A stretch of 64,000 nt of DNA from an uncultured Gemmatimonadaceae bacterium (lineage in GTDB: Bacteria; Gemmatimonadota; Gemmatimonadetes; Gemmatimonadales; Gemmatimonadaceae): assembly GCA_963740355.1 (NCBI GenBank), contig CAVUDW010000002.1, forward strand, positions 576,001 to 640,000, written 5' to 3'. The translations under genes were made by a program, and so were the position numbers. Each line of letters opens with the position of its first letter. The stretch's first letter is position 1. Of the stretch, positions 53,377-62,546 are shown piece by piece. The notes below the pieces were generated by a model. The model made no database searches, had not been told where the DNA came from, and was given only the letters and a program-made list of their open reading frames with translations.

Positions 53377-55352
53377 ATGCGTAGTATTCGTCCCATGATT
53401 TCAGCTGCACCGTTGGTTTGTTTGGGGCTTGTTCCGGCGAAGATCCGGCAGCGAGTCCAGTGGACGGCATTTCAGCAAGTGTGTTGGCCCGGGCGACGTT
53501 ACCGTCCGGCTCGGTGAGCCTTCGCGACTCCACTCTCGATATCGGCGACACGACGTCCCTACTCGTCGTGATCAATGACCGATTCGGGAGGGACGTGTCC
53601 CGCTCCCTCAACAAGAAGTACCGGTCAAGTGATACGACTGTTGCGACGGTCAGCCCCCGAGGCGTGATCAAGGTTCGTGGTGCCGGAACCACTTGGATCG
53701 TAGCCACAGCTTCGAATAAGTACGTAGACTCGGTAGCGGTGAAGGTTCTCGCTGCGTCCGTTGTCGCGGGGCCGACTGCAGGAACCGTGGACGCGGCATC
53801 GACGGGTACCAGTGACTTGAGTTCTGAGCTCTTTTCTGACACTGTCTCTGTGTCCCCGAGGCAAGCTACGCTTCCGACGCGCTTCGTTTCTCACGCGTTT
53901 CCCGTGCCGGCTCGTACGGTTCGACTTCGCCAAGGCGACGATCTGCAAATGGCGATCGATACGGCACGTCGCGGCGATGAGCTGGTGCTCGCGAACGGCG
54001 CTGTATTCAGTGGTGGCTACAAGCTACGGAAGAAGAGCGGTTCCGGATGGATCACGATCCGCAGTGAAACGGCGCCGACGAGTCTTGGCCTGCGCGCCAC
54101 CCCCCGCCAGTTTCTTTCGACTGCGAAAATTCTCACCGTGCAGAACGGCGTTCCGGCGATCGACGCCGACGCTGGCGCAAGTGGCTATTGGATTAGTGGA
54201 GTCGAGATTGCCGCTGCTCCAACCGTCACGACGCTTGGAGCGCTCGTATTCATAAGTCCCGCAAGGGGCATCGCAGCTGATGTGCCATCACGAATTGTGA
54301 TTGAGCGATCGTACGTGCACGGCCATGATCTGCTAAATATTCAGCGATGTGTGCACTTCGATGCAACAGACGCGGCGGTGACAGATTCGTGGATCTCGGA
54401 TTGCCATTTTCGCGGTTTGGATTCTCAGGCTATCCTCGTCATTACGTCACCTGGACAGCTGTTGTTCCGCAACAACTTCCTGAGCGGAGCTGGAGAGAAC
54501 TTGATGGTTGGCGGCGGTGGTCCTGGTGTGACCGGAATGCTTCCAGAAGATATTGAGATCGTTGGAAATCATTTCTACAAGCCCCTCGCTTGGAAAGCTG
54601 CAGGCTGGACCGTTAAGAATCTTCTTGAGATCAAAATCGGGCGCCGGATTGACGTGCGCGACAACTATCTCGAGAACAATTGGGTCATGGGTCAGATCGG
54701 TTTCGCGGTGGTCATCAAAGCGGCGGACCAGGATGCAGCTCCGTGGGTTCGTACGAGCGACATCGTTTTCCGGCGCAATATTGTCTCCGGAAGCGCGGCT
54801 GGACTGAACGTCTTCGAGGACGGGCCGATCGGCACAAATCGTGTTGCGATTCTTGCGAATCAGTTCAACAACATCGGGTTGAATTCGCTCGGCGGCGTCG
54901 GCCGTATGATACAGCTCATTGGCAAGCTTACGGACATTGAAATCCGCCACAACACCATGGTGTTTGGGCAGGTCGCTAGCGCGGCTGCATCAGCCCTCAT
55001 GATGGACGGGCGAGGCTCTGAGCGTCTCACGATCGTGAACAACGTGTTTCAGGGTGGTGAGTACGGGTTCATCCTCAGTGGAGGCGGGACCGGCGTTACC
55101 GGCGTACAGGGCTATGCGCTCACCAGCACCGTTGTTGGCAATGCGATTAACATGAATTTCGGCGCCGCATCGTATGGCAGTCAAAATTTGGTTGTGCCCA
55201 CCCTAGACGCACTCGGATTTGCGAATATCGGTGCAAGCGATCTGCGACTAGTCTCTGGTTCAGTGGTGAAGAACTCTGGAGCTCTCGGCGCGACCCCTGG
55301 CGTCCCCACGGGAGCACTTGCCGCAGCTGCTTCGGCACGGAGCGCCCCTTAG
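53377..55352 (+). CDS. predicted lipoprotein with Ig-like (Big_2) domain and right-handed beta-helix (pectin-lyase fold); 1-nt frameshift in the signal region
   Basis: GGAGGGG RBS + ATG 53377 is out of frame with the ORF at 53418, which starts LFGAC (lipobox); YRSSDTTVATVSPRGVIK; GDDLQMAIDTARRGDELVL; N-ladder repeats. Confidence 0.75.
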
Positions 55353-55378
55353 CGTTGAGCTTGCTGAGAATCTTGAAG

Positions 55379-55414
55379 AGCAGGGGGACCCGCATGGTGT
55401 CTCCCTGCTTTTTT
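55379..55414 (+). terminator. intrinsic terminator
   Basis: AGCAGGGGGAC...GTCTCCCTGCT followed by TTTTT. Confidence 0.75.
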
Positions 55415-55435
55415 GTCCCCTAGCTACAGTTCAAA

Positions 55436-56524
55436 ATGCGCGTTGTCTATGTAATTGATTCTTTCATGATCGGTGGAAGCGAGCTCGCCGCATTGCGGAC
55501 ATTCCAGCTCCTTCGATCCCGGATTGACATGCCCATCGTGCATTTTCACGCCGATGGACCGCTACTCGACGACTATCGGGCCGCAGGAGCCGAGATGTAT
55601 CACATCCCACTCCATGGCCTCCGCGACATTCGAAACGTGCTATCGATCGGTCGCCTGCGCTGGCTGCTCTCCGGGATACGGCCCGACGTGATACACTCAC
55701 ACGATGCCTACTCGAACATGGTCGTACTGGCTGCCCTATGGCCGCGGTTCGCCATACCGTGGGTGTCCAGCCGTCGATGGCTGGACCAGATTGTTCGGCC
55801 CGCACATGCGCGCCTGAACCATCTTGCTTTCATGCGATCCTCCATGGTCACCGTCAACGCGACCAGTGTCTCCGAGTACATGCAGCAAACGGAGGGTGTT
55901 CCAGAGCGACAGCTGACCGTGGTCCCGAACTTCGTGCAAGTTCCAGAATTAGCCCCAGTGTGGCCGCGCGAGAGCAGTCAACACACTGTCATCGGAATGG
56001 TATCGCGCCTCACCCCGATCAAGCGTCACGACATTGCAATTCACGCCGTTCGCAAGCTGGTTGACGAAGGCTTTGACGTGCACCTCGTCATCGTTGGTGA
56101 GGGCGAGAGCCGACCGTCTATTGAGCGATTGGTCGATGAAGTCGGGCTCCGCGATCGGGTAACACTGAAGGGTGAGAAGCGGGGCGGAGCTGCTCTCCAC
56201 GCGGAGTTTGACATCTCTCTGGCCACGTCAGACAGCGAAGGGTCGCCTAACTCTGTTCTTGAGGGTATGGCAGCAGGGCGGCCAGTCGTCGCCACGGATG
56301 TTGGCGGAACGCGCGACGTTCTTCGGCCGGGGGTGGACGGAATCCTCGTGCCTCCGGGGGACAGTGGCGCAATTGCTTGTGCGATTCGGACGATTCTTGA
56401 AAAGCCTGAGCTGTTCCGCATTTATGGCGACGCTGGCCGCGCGCGAGCGCAGGCGTCTTTCTCCGCAGAGGCAATCTCAGGCAAGCTGTTCTCACTCTAC
56501 AAACAGGTCGCTGGATTCCGCTGA
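55436..56524 (+). CDS. GT4 family glycosyltransferase
   Basis: GGSE, PDVIHSH, SRLTPIKRH, EGSPNSVLEGM, TDVGG. Confidence 0.92.
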   Translation: MRVVYVIDSFMIGGSELAALRTFQLLRSRIDMPIVHFHADGPLLDDYRAAGAEMYHIPLHGLRDIRNVLSIGRLRWLLSGIRPDVIHSHDAYSNMVVLAALWPRFAIPWVSSRRWLDQIVRPAHARLNHLAFMRSSMVTVNATSVSEYMQQTEGVPERQLTVVPNFVQVPELAPVWPRESSQHTVIGMVSRLTPIKRHDIAIHAVRKLVDEGFDVHLVIVGEGESRPSIERLVDEVGLRDRVTLKGEKRGGAALHAEFDISLATSDSEGSPNSVLEGMAAGRPVVATDVGGTRDVLRPGVDGILVPPGDSGAIACAIRTILEKPELFRIYGDAGRARAQASFSAEAISGKLFSLYKQVAGFR

Positions 56525-56535
56525 CGGCTCAACGC

Positions 56536-57711
56536 TCAGTCATTTGGCCTCGTTGCCCCTTTCACCGTATCCGAGATGACTTGCGCGATTTTTTCTGTCA
56601 CCCTCAGCCAGCTGTACTTGGCGGTTGCCCTCGCTCTGCCCGCCGCACCCATCGCGGCAGCACTCGGATCCGACAGAGTCTTGTAGAGAGCGTCCGCAAG
56701 TTCGTTTGCATCATCGGGCTTCACCAGGTACCCCGTTGAGCCGTCGCAAACCATCTCTTGAAGAGCGCCGATTCGCGTTGCGACGACCGGAAGCGCCGCA
56801 TACATCGCTTCCAGCACAACTAAGCCAAATGGTTCGTGTCGTGCTGGCAGACAGAATACGCTGGCGCGCTCGAACGCTGCCTTGAGCCGCGACCAATCTG
56901 ACGGTGAGGTACGATCGAGGAAGCCCAGCCACTCCGCACCCTCAGGGAGTTGCATCTCGTCGCGCGGGCCGACGACAACTAGCCTGAGGTCCGGAATACT
57001 TACACGCAATTTCCGAAACGCATTGACGAGCACGTCACCTCCCTTTCTTTCGAACTCACGGCCTATGAAAAGGATTGTGGGAGGCCCCTGATTCCCGGTG
57101 GGCGAACGGTCGAGGGCAAGCAACTCAAGAGGGTTCGCGTTGGGACCTGCGCCAACCGCGTGTATGCGGTTCATCGGCGTATGAAAATCCCTGGCAAAGG
57201 ACGCAGCGATGTAATCGCTCATCGTAAAAATTCCCCGAGCCGAGGAATAGAGTTTCCCTTCGAGTGCAACCGCCTCACTGAGCCCTTTTTTCGAAAGAGC
57301 CGCCCCCCAAGAATTGGCCTCTGACGATGAAAACAGCGTGTTTGAGTCGCAGAAAAGGAAAACAGGCATATCGTCCACCAAGGCGCTGAAAGTCGCGCCG
57401 TATTGCAGCACTGCGTCAAGGCCGGTGACCGAGCGCACTGCTTGCCTCGCATTCGCAGATCGTGCCTCGAAGGCGGGTGCCGACAAGTGAAAACGCGCCG
57501 TCCAACGACGTCGATTTGCAGCCCAAGTAAGGACGGCCACGCGCGCCCGCGTGAAGCCACGTAGCTCTATGTCTCGTGTGGTCACCGTGTGCCCGAGCGC
57601 GCGAAGGCCAGTCGCGAGACTTGACGGTGTGCCCGAGCCCGAGCCCATGGGTGAGTCGGGATCTCCTTCTGCCAGAAGAAGAATGTGTAACGGTCGGCTG
57701 GATTCGTTCAC
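56536..57711 (-). CDS. GT4 family glycosyltransferase
   Basis: LFIGREFERKGG, EPFGLVVLEAM; start approximate. Confidence 0.9.
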   Translation of the reverse strand: MNESSRPLHILLLAEGDPDSPMGSGSGTPSSLATGLRALGHTVTTRDIELRGFTRARVAVLTWAANRRRWTARFHLSAPAFEARSANARQAVRSVTGLDAVLQYGATFSALVDDMPVFLFCDSNTLFSSSEANSWGAALSKKGLSEAVALEGKLYSSARGIFTMSDYIAASFARDFHTPMNRIHAVGAGPNANPLELLALDRSPTGNQGPPTILFIGREFERKGGDVLVNAFRKLRVSIPDLRLVVVGPRDEMQLPEGAEWLGFLDRTSPSDWSRLKAAFERASVFCLPARHEPFGLVVLEAMYAALPVVATRIGALQEMVCDGSTGYLVKPDDANELADALYKTLSDPSAAAMGAAGRARATAKYSWLRVTEKIAQVISDTVKGATRPND

Positions 57712-57901
57712 GGGGGGGGAAGGCGGGTGTGGGTCGGTCTGAGGGCGGATACTCGGCCCAATCGCTTCTGTTGGCTCAAATCCAGTGAGTCGCCCAGTCA
57801 GCACCGAACCAGTTCATTCTTCCAAGTCCGCAATTCATGGCACCGGTCCAGAGTAACTCTCGCGGCCGAGCGGGTTCAGGCACAATCTTCCTGCCGGCAT
57901 G

Positions 57902-59210
57902 CTAGCGGCGAAACGCGGATCTCGTGCTTTCGCGCCCCATTGACGGTGTCGACCTCCGCAATGTGAGCCCTGACGGGACCCGCGCAATCAAGTCAGCTGC
58001 GCCACGAAGCTGCTGCAACGCGCTTTTCTGAAGCAATTCTGACGCAGACCAAAGAATTGCCAAATAGAGGTAGAGAAACGAAACACGATGGAAGCTGCCA
58101 AAGATTGCAGCAATGAGGTAGGCGACAAGTCCAAATCTCAGGATTCTTAGCTGTTCGGCTTCGTTTGGTGCGTGTCGTCGGAGTGAGCTCTCGATGCGCA
58201 TCGCCCGGATCAATGTCGAGCCAAGCATTCCGATGAAGAGCACGAGTCCGGGAAGACCTGTTTCGGCGACAAGGTTCACGTACATGTTGTGTGCATCACG
58301 GTTGCCGCTTCCAATCGCCCATTCTGGCCGCTCCTCCGCATAGACGCCGTGCGCTTCCGAATACGCGCCGAGCCCGACACCAGTGACAAGATTGTCTCTC
58401 GCAATAGCAGATGCGATTTGAAGAAGGACGTACCTCTGCTCTGCAGATCCGTCGGCTTCACCGATCGTTTCGGTATTGAACAGGTACTTCATCCGGCTGA
58501 AGCGGTCCCATACTGCCCCTGGTGCCAGAAGGACGATGCCAAGCACCGCCGCAACGCCAAATCGAATCAGTCGTGTTCTGCTTCTGCTTCGGACTACCAT
58601 GAAAACGAAGGCGATCACCAGGCCGATGAACGCACCGCGTGATTGGGTGATGACGATGAGCAGCGCGAGTCCTGCGGTGGATACGACAGTGCGCCCGTAC
58701 GAATCCACTTCGGGAAACGAGCTGGCGAGCAGGAACGCTGACAGCGCCATCACCAGGATGGCGTACGCCGCCAGATCATTGTAGTTCGCGAACGAGAAGT
58801 TCCAGCCGTATCGGCCGAATGTCCCAATTCCGGACGAGGAAATTCAGAGTAGGTGCCACGTGCCGGAAACAGTCCAAACATCAGGACCCAAAGGCCCACA
58901 AAATGCAGCGAGCTTGGGCCAGAGTTTTGCTTGCATTGATCGCGACAAAGAAGATCAGCAGGATCTTCAGGTAGTCGGTCAGCGTCTGACTGACTACACT
59001 CTGATAGGGTGACGCCATCATGCTAATGGCACACCAACCCACGAAAGCCACCATGAACGTCAATGGCGCGGGAACGTAATCTCTCCCAGCATTCATCAGC
59101 ACACCGAACAGGCCGATCGCGATCCCAGCGGACGCAATAGGAAGCTTGAAGCTGTGCACGCAGAAGAGGTAGATGGAGAGCCCAAACAGGGCGACGGTCA
59201 TCTGCTGCAT
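57902..59210 (-). CDS. Wzy polymerase / O-antigen ligase-family protein, disrupted by several indels at ~58830-58915
   Basis: NYNDLA, TQSRGAFIG, GVGLG, DAHNMY...ETGLPG; N-terminal TMs lie in ORF 58881-59210. Confidence 0.8.
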
Positions 59211-59341
59211 GCCAACCGGAATTACGGACCCGGTATCGCGCTGTCGGGTAGACCACTCCGATCGGAGGTGAGGCGAATCGACGAGTCATGCGTTCGGTTC
59301 GTCGCGCTCGGAATCCCAAGGCAGCGTCCTGAAACGCGAAC

Positions 59342-59367
59342 CGGGCAGCCCAATTAGGGGCTGCCCG
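59342..59367. terminator. stem-loop downstream of the sugar transferase
   Basis: CGGGCAGCCC-aattag-GGGCTGCCCG; no clear U tract. Confidence 0.45.
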
Positions 59368-59403
59368 AGCACAGCGGCAGACGATTGAACGTGAGCCTTC
59401 GAA

Positions 59404-60210
59404 TCAATGCGCGCCCTTCCGCCCAATCATGACCGGCAACGTGCGCGACATGATCTTGAGATCCATCCAGAGCGACCGGTTGGAGATGTATTCCAGATCC
59501 AAGGCAACCTTGTTCTTCACGTCGTCCAGGCAGCTGTCGTAGGCCTGATTGATCTGCGCCCACCCGGTGATCCCAGGCTTGACGCGTTGGCGGAGATGGT
59601 AGTTCTCAACCTGGGTGCGAAGCGAGAGGAAGATGCTCGGTCGCTCAGGTCGGGGGCCGACGACGTTCATTTCGCCGCGTACGACGTTCCACAGCTGTGG
59701 CAGTTCGTCGAGCCGCGTCTTGCGCAGGAACTCGCCAATGGCGGTGATCCGGGGATCGTCCTTCGATGCCCATACGGCCTCGCCCTGAACTTCCGCATCG
59801 ACCCGCATCGACCGAAACTTGTAGATCGTGAAGACCCGACCGCCGAGGTCTTCCTCGCGGCGCGTCTGGTGACGATCACCGCGGAGCGCGCGGCGATCCA
59901 ACCCGACGCGCGTCTGTGTGTAGAAAACTGGGCCCGGGCTGCTGAGCTTGATCACGACGGCGATCAGCGCGGCGAAGGGTGCGACGAAAATCAGGCCGAT
60001 CAGCGCGACGGAGACGTTCAGCACGCGGTGCATCCACTCCGGATGTACCGATGCTTGATCCTCGGCCGCTACGCGAATGCGTCGCGTTCGCGACTCGCGA
60101 ATGTCGCCATCGTCGGGGGACGGCCAGCCTGTGGCCGCGCCGCCGAACGCGTCGCGCAGCGCGGCGATGCGCCCTGCCATGTGTGTTGCGCTCGGTACAG
60201 AAGAACCCAC
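59404..60210 (-). CDS. priming polyprenyl-phosphate sugar transferase
   Basis: [48 protein letters not shown]. Confidence 0.95.
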   Translation of the reverse strand: MGSSVPSATHMAGRIAALRDAFGGAATGWPSPDDGDIRESRTRRIRVAAEDQASVHPEWMHRVLNVSVALIGLIFVAPFAALIAVVIKLSSPGPVFYTQTRVGLDRRALRGDRHQTRREEDLGGRVFTIYKFRSMRVDAEVQGEAVWASKDDPRITAIGEFLRKTRLDELPQLWNVVRGEMNVVGPRPERPSIFLSLRTQVENYHLRQRVKPGITGWAQINQAYDSCLDDVKNKVALDLEYISNRSLWMDLKIMSRTLPVMIGRKGAH

Positions 60211-60242
60211 GCCTGCCTCGGCTGTCAGAATTCAGTGCGCGC

Positions 60243-61007
60243 CTAGCGACGCGTCAGCGTAATAATCGAGATCACGACACCCAGCGCCGCAGATGCGGCC
60301 CACAGAACGCTGGTGAAATTGCTCGGCTTCTTTTCGTCGATCACGAGCTCGTCGCCCGCACGGATATCTGCTTGATCCAGCGTCATTCCCGAACGAAAAA
60401 CGAGACTCAGACTGTCCTTGTCCACCAGCGTGGCTGGACCGCGCTTCACCTTCGACTTCGCCAGCCGTGACACACCAGTCAGGCCTCCCGCGCTGGAGAC
60501 GACGTCGGATACAGCAGCGTCACCACGCACCGTCACGAACCCAGGACGCTGCACCGCACCGGTCACGAGCAACCGCACCAGCGGTTGCGTCCGGACGACA
60601 GGACGCTGGATGTACCGCTTCGCCTGCGCGACAAGCGCTGAATCTGCCTCGGATCGAAGCACTCCCTTCAAAGTGAAAGCAGGGAAGGTGCCAATGACCA
60701 CTTCCTGACCAGCACGAACCGACACGGTATCCCGGAACGGCTCTTCACCACCGAACAGGTCGACCACCACACGATCGCCAGGATAGAAGTCCCCTACCCT
60801 GAGCCGCTCCCTCAGTGGCACTGCATCCGCTGTCTTGCCCGTCTTTTCCATCACAGTGGCGACGGAGTCAAGAAACCGTCGAGTCCGATACAAGCTCTGC
60901 TCAGACCCTGATTGTGCGACCAAACTCGATGCGACGACACACCCTACCACCGCCATCACTCCGAAACGGACCAGCCGAACGGATGCCTTCAAGGACTGAA
61001 TTCGCAT
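60243..61007 (-). CDS. polysaccharide export protein (Poly_export/SLBB, Wza-like)
   Basis: Signal peptide; FYPGDRVVV, VTGAVQRPG, SAGG, AGDELVI; downstream of wzc. Confidence 0.75.
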   Translation of the reverse strand: MRIQSLKASVRLVRFGVMAVVGCVVASSLVAQSGSEQSLYRTRRFLDSVATVMEKTGKTADAVPLRERLRVGDFYPGDRVVVDLFGGEEPFRDTVSVRAGQEVVIGTFPAFTLKGVLRSEADSALVAQAKRYIQRPVVRTQPLVRLLVTGAVQRPGFVTVRGDAAVSDVVSSAGGLTGVSRLAKSKVKRGPATLVDKDSLSLVFRSGMTLDQADIRAGDELVIDEKKPSNFTSVLWAASAALGVVISIITLTRR

Positions 61008-61373
61008 TGTTATCCATTCATTGCACCCCTCATGCTCAGGGGGCAAAATGACAGTTCGTGGTGAGAAGGCGTTGAAAGGCATGGAGTTGGCTGTACACCA
61101 GAAACGGCTGTGAGAGTCTCGCACCAGTGGCATGTAGCCTGTTTACCACACCCTTGCTGTGCGAGTATCCTACAGTCGAAGGCTGTAGCATACCAAAGTA
61201 CCGCGCTCCCATACCACTCGAGACGCTGCGCACCTTCAGTTGTAACGATACCAACCGGCCAGAAATCCCATCCGGGGAGCTCTACACGCCATCGGCTGAC
61301 CTTACCCCGCGCCACTAATCTCTAGTCGACTCTGGGGGTACAGGACACGAAAGTGATCGGAATGCGCCGGGAA

Positions 61374-61474
61374 TGTTGCACGGCCGCCGCATATCTCGAG
61401 ATCGCCTCGTCCGAATACTCCTCGCAAGTCTTGGTCCATCAAGGCGTTACGATTCCGCTGGAATCCCGCATGCA
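61374..61474 (+). promoter_or_regulatory. predicted sigma-54 promoter module of the REC-GGDEF gene
   Basis: TGTTG-cacggccg-CCGCA 61374-91; 23-bp box 61426-48 with CATCAAggcgTTA (61437-49); tGGaatcccgcatGCa 61459-74. Confidence 0.6.
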
Positions 61475-61523
61475 ACGTGCAACGGTGACTGCGACGCCGT
61501 TCGCATCTCCAGCAAGGCACGCC

Positions 61524-62486
61524 ATGTCCCGCACCACGCCATCCACACCCGGAACCGCCCGCCCACCGATCGTGGTGGTCGGCGTAGAGCAGGAATGGGC
61601 GGCCCGCTCGCTCGAGACAGTCCTCGGCCCCCGCGGCTTCGCGGTGGTTCGGGCCTATTCAGGCCGACAGACGCTCGACCTGGCCGAAGTCGCAGCCCCC
61701 GATGTCGTGCTCATCGACTCGCGATTACCCGACATGGATGGGGTGGAGGTCTGCCGCACCCTGCGCGAGGAGCGCCGGATCGGCCAGCATGTGCCGATCG
61801 TGATCACGACATCTGGGCCTGCCCCGCGTGATTTCCTGCGGGCCGCGTACATGGCCGGCGCCTGGAGTGTGTGGGAGCAGCCGATCGATGGCGAGCTGCT
61901 CCTGCTTCGACTGCAGACATGGGTAGACGCCAAGCGTGTCGTCGACGACGCCGAGCGCGTCAGTCTCGTCGATGTCGAATCGGGACTCTATACGTATCGA
62001 GGGCTGAGTCGGCGCGCGCGTGAAGTGATGGCGGATGCAGCACGTCGGCAGACCCCGGTGTCATGCATTGCCATCGGACCGATGGTGACACGCTCTCCGG
62101 CCAGCAACGATGAACTGCCGGTTCCGCCACGACTCGCCAGTGACATCGGCCGGATCGTCGCGGGCGTCGCGCGAGGCTCGGATGTGGTGGGACGCATTGG
62201 TTCGGCGGAGTTCGCGATCCTCGCGCCCATGACTGAATCATCCGGCGCCGTCGAACTGATCGAACGCCTGCGCGATCGGGTCGCCACCATGCCGCCGCTC
62301 GTCGCTGATGGACGGGCATCGCGGCTCACCCTGCGAGCCGGACTTGCGACAATCACCGATACGCGCATCGAAATGCGGGATGGCAACGAACTGCTCGTAC
62401 GCGCGTCGACCGCGCTGCGCTACGCGCAGTCATCTCGAACCAGTGATGTGCGAACCTTCGACGAGGTCCCCGCGACCTTCGTGTAG
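61524..62486 (+). CDS. receiver domain + degenerate GGDEF domain protein
   Basis: PDVVLIDSRLPDMDGVEVC; DVESGLY; RGSD-VVGRI-GSAEF. Confidence 0.88.
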   Translation: MSRTTPSTPGTARPPIVVVGVEQEWAARSLETVLGPRGFAVVRAYSGRQTLDLAEVAAPDVVLIDSRLPDMDGVEVCRTLREERRIGQHVPIVITTSGPAPRDFLRAAYMAGAWSVWEQPIDGELLLLRLQTWVDAKRVVDDAERVSLVDVESGLYTYRGLSRRAREVMADAARRQTPVSCIAIGPMVTRSPASNDELPVPPRLASDIGRIVAGVARGSDVVGRIGSAEFAILAPMTESSGAVELIERLRDRVATMPPLVADGRASRLTLRAGLATITDTRIEMRDGNELLVRASTALRYAQSSRTSDVRTFDEVPATFV

Positions 62487-62546
62487 CGGGGCTTCGAGGA
62501 CCTGCGCAGCGCACTCACGGAGTCGACGCCGCGCTAGCCCTCGATC

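Noticed and set aside
48356..59210. Programmed frameshifting or coordinated pseudogenisation of EPS genes
   Set aside because: No canonical slippery sites or long homopolymers, and the genes are otherwise intact; the pattern fits indel-type assembly errors. Needs reads to settle.
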